Assembly (NCBI GenBank): GCA_964035545.1
Contig: OZ037767.1
Location: 25,746,628-25,810,627 of the forward strand
Direction: 5' to 3'
DNA from: Bugula neritina
Taxonomy: Eukaryota > Animalia > Bryozoa
Length of the DNA stretch: 64,000 nt
The translations under genes were made by a program, and so were the position numbers. Under the pieces are notes generated by a model. It made no database searches, was not told the origin of the DNA, and saw nothing but the letters and a program-made list of their open reading frames with translations. Positions 25,926-37,900 of the stretch are shown piece by piece. How positions within the stretch are numbered: the first letter of the stretch is position 1; every line of letters begins with the position of its first letter.

Positions 25926-28900
25926 TTATTTTGAATTCTCAACGTCTAATCTCAGCTGGTCACGCCCGATATGGTTGCTAGATAACTCAACATTTTCGGG
26001 CTGGGGGTTGCCCTGCCCGTCTGGAAGCGAAATGATTGCCTTTTCTCTTTGAGTTGGAGGCTCGGAGTGATTGGCGTAACCATCACTTCGGTACGAGTCT
26101 ATCCTCTTGGCCTTCTTACGCCTTCCAGAGGTTGGCTGACCTGCGCAGAAAAAGAGCAAATGGTGAGAGAACACAACTTCTTATACATAACTAGCCATAA
26201 TATTCGCTTTAACTCTTATCTTTCTCCAACATAATTGTCTTGTAAACCATAAAACTGTATAATGCAGTGGAATACATTTCCAAACATAATTTTATAAATC
26301 AAAATATAAAAAATAAAACAGGCATGCTCATGTCCTATATTATCCTTATGTATTTTGCTGGAACTTATTTGCCATCCAGTAGGATGGTGAGGAGATGAAG
26401 TTGACAGACTTACCTTCATTGTTAAGGTATACTCTCGTCTTCTTCAGTGGACTAGTAACTATATTGTTATGGTCATAGTATCCCAGACTGTAGTGTCCAC
26501 TGTCACCATCAGCTAGTGAGTTGAACACTGCATCATTATCTCAATGTAATGTTAATATAATTCATAGTTCCTAATTCATAGCTCATCATTAATAGTTGAA
26601 GTAATTTAATTTATGCACATTCAATGTATAGTGTTATAAATAAAGCAGAGTAAGTGAAAATTAATTAGTTGAATAATAGAACTTGATTTTATTGAACTTG
26701 GTATTTTAATTCATCGAGTACAAGTTGAATGAGTTTTTGTAAAATTTGCAGAACATAGCTGTCTGCATGGAATAGGATCACTTGATTCAGTGTATTTTAA
26801 AAGATAAGTCCATTTGGAAATCTTGTCTATACAGTATTTTATAGGTTTAACACTTCCAGCTTATAGCAACAATAAAATTGATCTTTTTCATCAGAATCAA
26901 ATAACAATAGTACAAATACAACTTATGAAACAATTCCGATAGTAATTCTGTTACCATAGAGATGAAAACTCCAAGGCACAGTTGACCCAAGTAGCTGATA
27001 TGAAGGTAACCAACTTACCAGGACTATAGTGGTGTGGCTCATTCTCGTAGAAGGGCTGGGGAGGAGCTGGTCTCATTCCTTCAAATGTTCCATTCGGCGT
27101 GAAATCATTCCCCACAGTGACTAGTTTAGGAGCTGCAAGTATATATACTGTATTATTAGCACAGAGTTTACCACAACACTATGGAGCTGTATATCAACGC
27201 TGGTTATTGTTTACTAATGCATTGTGTATTGGAAAATAATACATTGCCTAAACGTACATATTATAGGATATGCTATTACACAAGAAATTGATAGGACACT
27301 TTCTAGTCGAATAACCAATCCAAACAGAGCTAACAACCAAATTTCACTAATTAATTACAGAAGCATTTATCACTCAAACCAAGTTATCTATCTTTAGCTA
27401 CACTCCATAAAAAAACTTCACATTTCATCATCTGATTAAAAGCTCAAACTTAACAGTTAAAAGATGTTAATAGTTAGTGAAAACATGATTAATTTTTAGC
27501 ATTGCTTCAGCAAATTAAAGATATTCATTATTAATAAACTTAAAATTTACAGCCAACATCAAACACACTCAACCACTTAATGTTCATATTGAGATGCTTG
27601 ACGTACCACCAGCTGTTCCCATGTTAATGTATCTAACTAGAAGGTGTTACAAGAACAGAGTGTAATATTTAATAAGTGCAACTATAGAGAAGGGAACACC
27701 AAAGCCTGTGTTTTAATATAATTAATTTTGCAACTCATTTGATATTCATATGAATTAACTTATAAACAACAAATAAAAATAAATCATGTGCAGTAGCAAG
27801 CATTTGTTGAATGTTACCACTCTGAGTGGCAACTCTGAATTTCTAAGAATGTAAAACTTTTGCGTAAAGGTTAGAGTTACATGCCCAGTACTAAAAATAG
27901 AGAAACTGTTAAACTACACACCATTATGTGTTTCCTCTTTCAGATTCTCCTGGGAGTCACTAACTTTAGATTTCTTAGCATTGTTCTTGCGGATGCACAG
28001 GCAGACTATGATGACGATAATGAGGGCGACGGCCAGCAGGCAGGCAAATAGAATGGGTAGCCAAGTCGACACCGGTAATGCTATCAAGAAAATTATGTTA
28101 CAAGTTTTAACAAAGCACCTAAATACTTCACCACAATCTCTCGATTAAACAGAGCTCGAACAGTAAAACTGCACTAGATAGTAAACAATTTACAGTTATG
28201 AGCTGTAGGTACAAAGGAAAGAGAATAAATATAACTGAATGAAAAGACATACCCACTACAGCCTGAGTCACGTCAACTTGTTGGTCAGCGGTGCCAGCCG
28301 AAAGAAGAGTTGTGCTGGGCTTATCATCCAGAAACCAGCCAAAATGGAAGCCAGAGCTGGTGGTCTGGGCGTCTGTAGTAAAGAGTACGGTCATGGTGTT
28401 AGTAGTAGCGTAGTACACCCCGTTTACTGGTATGTTTCCAGATAACTCAGTTACTTCCCCTGTCACCGGGTCTGTGATCTATAAGAAAGGGAAGACAATG
28501 ACTAACTGCAAGATGTTTACTCTTACCTAGCTATTGGAGTTGTCTCCCATGCTATTAAAAGTTAAGTTCACAGGTAAATATATTAACATAATATACTGTG
28601 TGTTGAATAACCAACATTCAGTAGAAGTGGGTGCAGTAATGGAGAAATTGAGAGAGCCATGTTCTAGATTAGAAATGTAGCAAAGGAAGTTATGTTCTCA
28701 TGAGTTACTAGTTGACAACTCTTATAACATTTTGTACATATTGAGTTACAGGCTATGTTGACCAATCGTGGGTTGGCAACTGCCTTAATTTTTTAATATG
28801 CTGCAAATAACTTTTATATAAATGTATACAACAATCTGCTAGTAATTAATAGGGTTGATAAAGCACCTGCATAAAGCAGTTCAGGTTGCATTATATTTTC

Positions 28901-31900
28901 TGAATAAAATTAATAATTATTCTTGTAATACTTCAGTCCTTTAAATCAAGTTAGAGCTATACACCAATAATATATGTATTAATATATAATAATATATAAT
29001 AATAAAGAAAGTATGTAACCACAAAATTCAAACTTACAATCACTTTATCACAACATCCTTCAGTTTGAAAATCTCTAACTATAAGAGCAACCCTTTTAGT
29101 AGTGTCTGACCCAACAATATTCCACGTATGGGCGTAGCTTGACGGGTAACTACTCGGGTACAGAGGGGATTTGATGTCTCCGGTTTCACCAACTAAGTCC
29201 GTCACACCACCATTAACTGCAACATGTCAATGCATATCTAGCAATATAAGGTGACCATAGTACTACACATGGTAGTTCAAAAATGGATGTTGCATGCGAG
29301 ATAAAAATAAAACAGTTTAACATGTGAAAATCTGTTACATTGTCAGCCATTAGGAAACAGCATCAGAGATTATGAACTACTAAGGAGATCATGTCTGGTT
29401 ATCAAGGAATATTCCAGAATATGATAATTCGAAAGTCTCAGTCTGCATGGGTTTAGCAAAATAGCGTAGATTCTGTTATAAATAAAGGCACCTAGATCGG
29501 AGGTGGGGACAGTAGAGCTCCCCTCTACACACTCGGACACACGGATGTCGTCTAAGGCTAAGTCTCCGCCACCAAATGTGCCATCTTGAATGATTCTTTT
29601 AGCCTCCCAGGTGATAACAAAGGGGCCGGACACTGTGTACATCCTATCAACTGTTCTCCAGCTGGTGTCTGAGCTGCTGTCTGACACCCAGTTTGACAAG
29701 ACTTGACCTGTAAGGAGATTCCTCACTGCATCAGCAGGTATAGTCAGCTTACAGGGTACAAGGTAAAGTGGTTTAATATAATAGTATAACATGGTTAAAT
29801 ATAATACTTAATAGTATGAACTGGTTTAATATAATAGTATAAAATGGTTTAATATAATAGTATAAAGTGGTTTATTATAATAGTATAAACTGGTTTATAC
29901 ATCAATGTAAACGGCCTTACCATCCTGAACCAGGGACATGGTTAGGGAGCCAATGTTGGGGCCGTTAGCGTGATACGAGAACTGGATCCTGTGACACTCG
30001 TCATTGCTGAAAATGGACGGAGATTGTATGGCAGCAACAGCACCCTCCTAAAAGGAAATTACACAACAGGTAAAAGACTCGTCTACAGTTGATAATTTCT
30101 CAAGGGTATATAAATCAAACACAAATGCACAATTAGTATTAAACTACTAAATTACACGTCATTGTAGTAAAATCGTAGGCTTGCTATTGTATGATGAATA
30201 TTTTATACAGATTTATTACCACTATGCATGTACATCATGAAGGAAATGTTTGTATGAATTTCAATAAACAGAATAATTTGATAAAAGGGATGACAATTTC
30301 AAAAAATTACTTTAAAAAAGCTAGTGCAACACATTCATCATAACAACTAATACAGGCTAACAACATTTATTTCTGATTAGCAGATGCAATAGTTTTACTC
30401 TCAAATTAATGCAAGATTTGGTATAGAGATGCAAAGACAATATAATGACGACTTATCGATATGGAGATGAGACATTATTACCTCAGGCAAGCTGCTATCG
30501 ATATAGATGTAACCATTTGCTGCATTTCCATTCTTATCTTCAGTCGGCCCTGTAATGGGAATATTAGGAGCCGATCCCTGGCGATAGTTCCAGTTGAAGT
30601 CTGACCCCGGGACTATTTGAAGACCGCAGAGATTGCTCGTATCAAATTGACAAGCGAAGTAGCCATATGCTGAAAGTATAAAATTGCAATAGCTAATAGT
30701 TTCTTAAGGTAATAGCTTATATAGTAGCAGTAGTAGTAGTAGTAATAGCAGTAGTAGTAGTAGTAGTAATAGTAGTAGTAATAGCAGTAGCAGTAATAGT
30801 AATAGTCCTACTCACAAGGAGGTATTGTAGTAGTCGTTGTAGTTGGAGTGGTAGTTGTCACGAAAGGTACTTCCTCCCACTCAATGATCCAGCCAGCTTG
30901 GTTGGTCACTTCATTTGATGAGAAGGTCAAGGTGAGAGAATTGGATGCTGACAGGTAAGTGAGGGACTGCTGAATCCCAGACAAAGCAAACAACTGAGAT
31001 CCATCATCGGTCTCCATAAGCTGAAACACCATACGGTTGCACAATGTTTAGTGAACGATTGTGTGTCAGTCATGGTATATACTATTATGATAATTCATTG
31101 TATGACACAGCAACATCATAATATAACACAGCATATAGTACTTCATATTATTAGTAAACTCTATAGCATATCACTTGCTACATAGGAAAATGTGATGTAC
31201 AATTTAATGTGTCTAACAGTAACGTACAATACACCTGGCCACTTCATATGACGTTTCTATAGAATATTACTGCATACATTACCTAGTGTCATGCAAAGTA
31301 ATAAAGTGTCATGGGGTGTCACACAGTGTATGCATATTAGATGACCAACATATCATACCTCCAGCATATCAATACCAGGCTCAGTAGTAAGTCTCAATAG
31401 ACTGACTGATATTGTAGACGTCTCATTCACTGTTATAACCCATGTGTGCTGGAAGTCAGATGGGTAGAATGAAGGGTAGTTTGGTGAAGTTATGGTGCCA
31501 GCTGTTCCAGTTATGCGAGTTTCACTGCCATCTGCATTCTCTACAACCCAGACAAGTAATTTACAACCCATGCCTATCCCGGCACTAGCATATTATCCCC
31601 ACATTAACATACTGTTCCCACACTAATATATTACTTCCACACTCCTATGTTATCCCCACATTGCCATACCATTCTCATTGTGCTATAGTGACATGGTCGC
31701 ATTCTTTAATGTTAAACTGATATGACAACTCTGAAAAGATAAGCTTACAAGTAAATAATCAAAATCTGCACGAAAAAAGATTTAGACTGTAATCCAACCT
31801 GTGGCGTCACTAGTCATAGAGGGAGGAACAAGAGGTGCCCCGCTACAATCAGTAACGGGAATACTGATATCATCCAACGCAAAGTTGCTTTCTCCGTCTG

Positions 31901-34900
31901 CACTGCGTCTTGTGGCTTCAAACATCAACTGAAATTTATACGGTAATAGTGCAGATTCTGGCCAATTCACTTATTGAAGTTTTGCTATTTCAGTCATTGT
32001 TTGGTTACACCATGTTATATTTAGATAATACCAAATTTGTACATGTTTTGGAAATGCTCAACGTTAAGAATATATACATGAAGTATCAGCACATATGATG
32101 ATACAAAGAGCATACACGTGATATGTCAACATATGGTAATATGAAGAATACACACGTTTCTAGCAATTATGTTAAAAATTTTCAGCTACTTCCAAGCTTT
32201 GAGAAGAGCTGAAAAGGTATTGGCATAATAATATAATATTATAATAACATGACAATATATTATCATGATAATGTGACAATATAATGACATGATAATATAA
32301 TATTATAACAACATCATAAGTACGCATGTCATCTAAAAGTCACTCACTCTAAACTTGGTGAAATATCTGAAAGGAATACTCTGTGACGTCCAGCCATTGG
32401 TAGGCTCATTGGTGTACCACAGCTCTTGGATGTTATCCCCTGCCACAGTCTGGATGACTACACGCAGGCTGCCGATATTGCTGCCGGCAACGCTGTACGA
32501 GAAGCTGACTGAGTGACAGGAACTTGGGTTTTCAATCAACTCAGTGAACAGCTTTGCAATATTCCCGAATACCTGCAAAAATAAAAACAAAATGCACATC
32601 TTGAAAACAAAAATTAAAAGAGTTGCGATACTATCATAACCCGGAAATAATTTAAAATAATATTATAATTTACTTCTGGAAATTATCTGCTATTCATATT
32701 ACTGTTGGGAAGATCTCCACAGTAAAAACCATAAAAACACTTCCTAATGACTGTTGAATGTTCAAATTTATTAAACGACTTTCGCCATACAAAGTAGACA
32801 AATTACGAATAAATCAGCTCCCAAATTTAATCATAAGTCAAGCTCAAGATTTTGTTACATAATATTTGTCACCTGTGAGGCGCTGTCAACAAATAGGAAA
32901 AACCCGCTGCCAGACGTGTCTTGCTCAGGAACTCGGCTGGCATCAAACCCACCGACAGTTTGCCACATGAAGTCCTGTGCTGGAGGTTGGCTGAATAGAC
33001 ACGGTGAAAGTTGGACGTCAAAATCACACTCCAACTGTCCTCGGACTGAAAAAATACAATGAACTAGTCGAATCACTCACTCAACATATGCCTAACATTT
33101 ACTAGAAGAACAGCAGCTTTAATAAAAACATGGCAGCATGAATACTTTGACGTTTTGATTTCAATTTTAAAAATGATAGACTTCTATTATTATTGTATTA
33201 TTTCAAACAAGCTTTTAAATATACCAAATAGCTGTTTACATTGTAGTAGTGGTAAACACTACAAAAAAGCAACAAAGTAAAGAAAAATTCAGCCATTATT
33301 GGCAGAGACCACTGACCGTGAGGAGTGGTGATTGTAACAGTAGTGGTGGTAGTAGTAGTAGTAGTAGTGGTTGTAGTTGGAATGTTGTCTTCATACCAGG
33401 TCATGTGAAAACCTTTCAACGCTAATTTATCATCAGCACTGAACACAACAGTGAGTTTGTGCCCAACAGTAAAGAAAGATTGTGCCTTGACTTCACCAGA
33501 TAAGTTTGCCATTAGAACCCCAGCAATAGGGTCTCTTATCTACAGACAAGCAGACACACTGCTATTTCAAGTTGTCTCCTCTTATAAATCATAAGTTATG
33601 TCAAGAAAAAATTGTTTTCTCAAAATATTTAAACAGAAAACACATTTTAAAAAATCCTTACCACTACAACTAATGGCTCATCCAATTTACAACTGTTTTA
33701 CAGTTGTGAGTAATCAGAATGAGACTAACAGTTTACAAACCTCAACAAAGTCAAATGATTTTTCAGTAGAGAAATCTCTGATTGCGAGTTGTATTCTCTT
33801 GTTTGATTCATCTGTGTTTCTCTTCCTCCTGGCAGAGTTGGAGCTGGTGATCATCCAGGTGTGTCGGTACTGAGTAGGGTAGGTGTAAGGCTGGGGGTAG
33901 TTAAGTGACATGATTTCCCCTGTTGTACCAGTCTGCATGGTGATGGCATTATTCTCAGCTGAAACACATCACACTAGGTGAGTATGTGGTGATAGATATA
34001 AGTAACTATTAAAGAAACACTTGCCCCATTTTCAACTAATCCTAACATATATCAAATTGGGGTTTTAAATAAAAATACAATTTTATCTGAGCTATAAAAG
34101 CAGAAAATGCATTATTATGGTAATTGTATTTATGTTGAACTTAAAATTCTCACCAATAGTAAAAGCTATTATTGATAAACAAACTGTATGAAAAATTAAT
34201 TATACAATTAAGTTATTACACCAGACCAGTAAACTTTCTTTAAGCCCACCACTTTCACACACAGATAGAGTATATAAATGTAAGCATATTCAGACGCATA
34301 ATGGTGAAGGGACAACTCCCTCTCAACTCACCTAGTGACGTGGGCGTAGTTGTAGTGACTTCACACGGACTCAAGTTGATGTAGTCTATAGCAAAGTCAC
34401 CTCCACTGAATGAGTCATTGAGTTGGGTCCTTTTAGTCACAAACTACAAAGTTAACAATTCAGCGCAATAAATTTCAACCCTACCTTATACCAAGAGTTA
34501 AACTCAAAAATATTGTATAATACTGTACATTAGCAATGTATATTGTCAACTTGCATTATGCTACAGCAATAAATACATACTGTATCAATAACATAAAATT
34601 ATAATACAAATGTGAATTTATCTAGTAAAATTGATATATTTCTAGTGTAAATTTGTTTACCTTCAGCATTATAGGGTTGTGGTTCTGAACTTGTAGCGTT
34701 ACAACTTCCCATCTGTCATTTGCCTGACCATCAAATGACCAGACAACTGTTTCATCACCCTCGGAGTTTTCCTCTTCATACAGAACTACAAATGTGCCAA
34801 GGTTTGCACCTCTTGCTAGGTAAGAAAACTCCACACTGTGACACCCGTCATTGTTGAACACATATCTCGAGTTGAGAGTGGCCGTTGTATCGCTCTGGAA

Positions 34901-37900
34901 TATTATTTACACACAGTGAGACAAATGACAGGCAACTAACCACTTGGTCTACAATTGCTCTCCGATTTCAACTTCCATATAATGTATTTATTGATTTGTA
35001 ATAGACTGTAAGTCATATTTCTGAAGATCGATTCCATTCCATTACTGTACACAGTCACTAGAGTAAGTACCAGACTTACGGTGCTCGTAGTAGAGCTGAT
35101 CACAATCATGTATCCGTCACCACTCTGTGGTCCGGTAGCCGGGTAGTTTGGCCCGGGGCCGGACATCTGCTCCCATCGATAGTTGGAAGTTAATACGTCA
35201 ACTGACATTCCACAGGAGAGGTCCAGGAGCACGTTGAAGGCACAAGTGAAATACCCATAAGCTGCAAATTTGTAAACACAATATAATAATGCAGTTAATG
35301 ATTGTACAGTGTGTACTTATAAGATAGTGGAGTGTTACAACAGAGATGGCAGATAGTGTGTGATATGAATAGCAAAGTCTAGCATAAAAGCATGAAACAA
35401 TATTTTCGCAAATTACTGTATTCTTTCAAGCTACAAAGTTCATTCTATATGCACTCATATAGAAAAAAAACGATCAGCCAATCACGACAGTAGATGCTGC
35501 ATGATCAATCTTACAATGCTCGAGTAGACTGACTAAAACAGACGACAACATGTATTATTATACTGTGACTATTCTCTCTACAAGGAGAGGTACTAAATCT
35601 AAACTAGTTAGACAGCGACTATATTTCATTCGTAGCACTGGATTCACATTTGTCATGTTTTGAGAAATATTGCACAAAACAAACACCTTTTGCGTTAAAC
35701 ATAAACACTAAATGAATCACTGATCAACCCATTATTTGCAAGATTTAAGCATATTATAGATCTAAACTAACAGTGATCCTAACTTTAGGCCTCTTGAGTA
35801 ACCATTTTGAGAAAGCAGGTACTCATAGTATGTGGTGTGGTAGTAGCGGTGTTAGGTTTAGTGTTGCATAACAGTAGTGGTATTAGATGATGTGTGATAT
35901 GACAGTACTAGACACATAAACACATACGAGCAGGCGTCGTTGTAGTAGTAGTTGTAGTGGTAGAGGTTGTAGTTGGAGCAATCTCAACCCATCTCACCCT
36001 CCAGCCTTCTAAGTTAGTCTGAGAATCACTATTGAAGGTCAAGGTCACAGAGTTAGTCTGAGATTTATATTTAGTAACACTAGGAGATGAACCAGACAAA
36101 GTGAATAATACATCAGCTGTGCCACTTTCTTTGGCCTACAAAAGATGACAACATAGTCAACATCATATATATGGTCACAGTCAATAGCCATGTCTATATT
36201 TAGGAAAAATAACTGTTTCAATGAATATGTAGACATGGGCTTACGGTGAGTATGTCAGGGTTTTCAGTGTTGAAGGTAATAATCTCTAGATCTATGACCG
36301 AGTCAACAGGCACAGTTATGATCCAGTCGTGAGTAAAATCTGGAGGATAGAAAGACGGGGCATTTGGAGACCAAACTTCTCCTCCACTTCCAGATATTTC
36401 GGTGACAGTGCCATCTGTATTCTCTATAAAATGGCACAATCGGTAAGCTTTCTTGACGAAATAAATATATTATAACTAACTTAATGATCAATAATCAATA
36501 ATGTTACATAACTCATCAATTAAAATAACTAAGCATGTGATACTAGCTCTTCTACACTAGCGACATTTATTTTAATCTAAAATTTTAATTTCTATAACTA
36601 GTTCTAGAAAAATATTTTCTTTACTGCAACTGTCTGAATTTTAGTTTTGGTGGCAAGGCATGGCAAATAAGAACACTATAAAAAGCACTAGAAAAGGAAT
36701 ACATCAGTATGTGTCACAGGCTCTTCAGCTGATAGCGAGAAAATCAATGATTTCTCTAGCAACACTGATATCTACCTGTGGCTGAACTGTCGGAAGAGTC
36801 ACGTGGGTATAGAGGTGAATCAGTGCAATCAGTCTTTGGAATTATTATATTATCTAAAGCAAAGAAACTTCCCCCAGTCTGATCTAGTCGTCTCCCTTCG
36901 AACATCAGCTACAACGTGGGTTATATCTAACATAATGCTACACTAATGAAGGAGATTTGGACCAGAATCATGAAATTCAAAACTTATAACTTCAAAAATT
37001 TTTGTTCAAGGCAATTAAAATTGGGTCAAAACTCACTCGAAATCTTTCCCAATATCTGAATGGTATATTTATGACTCTCCAGCCATTCGTAGTCTGAGAA
37101 CTTGACCAAAGTGACCGAACTGGCGAGCCGTCTTCTTTACGTAGCATTAAACTAAGACTGCCTGGGTTGTTTCCGGCTATACTGTATGCGAAGGAAACGG
37201 AGTGACAGGATGTTGGATTCTCTACAAACCGGTCCATAGTCAACTCGGCTATGTCATTATCACCCTAAAAGTTACAGAAAAAATCAAAATAATTTTCTGA
37301 CCTTAGTGATTATATTTCAGTTATTATGAGAACATGTATTTATAGTAAAGCATGCACTAGTAATAGAACATAGTAACGTAAAATTGAACCAAATTATAAT
37401 GCATACTTTACATGCTGAATGTCATTTAAAGTCTCAATTTACCAGTTTAAAAATTTCAACAACGCATCCTGATTTGCTACAAAACTTAATCTTCTAACTC
37501 ATAGATTTTAGAAACCAATAAGATATTGAAAAAATAAAATCTTACAGAGATCCATCCATCAGCGTACATATAACCACCATTCTCATTATCATCAACATCT
37601 ATTCGAGGTTGTCTACTGCTGCTGAATCCACTGACCAATGAGAAACGGTAGCCTGTGTTTGTCACCAGATACGCACAGGGCCCGGTGTTGAAATAGCAAT
37701 GATCTTGGCCTTGAGCTAAATATACAACATCATTGAATATACAGTTACGTCAACATAAAAGTAGGTGTGTATTTAATAAACAGCAACGCATCCCTTTCTG
37801 TGAAACATTGAAGTACATTAGAGCGCGACAATTTTAGTAATTTTATCTACTTTCAATCAATAAATGGTGATGAAACCTACCGTGTGGAGTTGTGGTCCCG

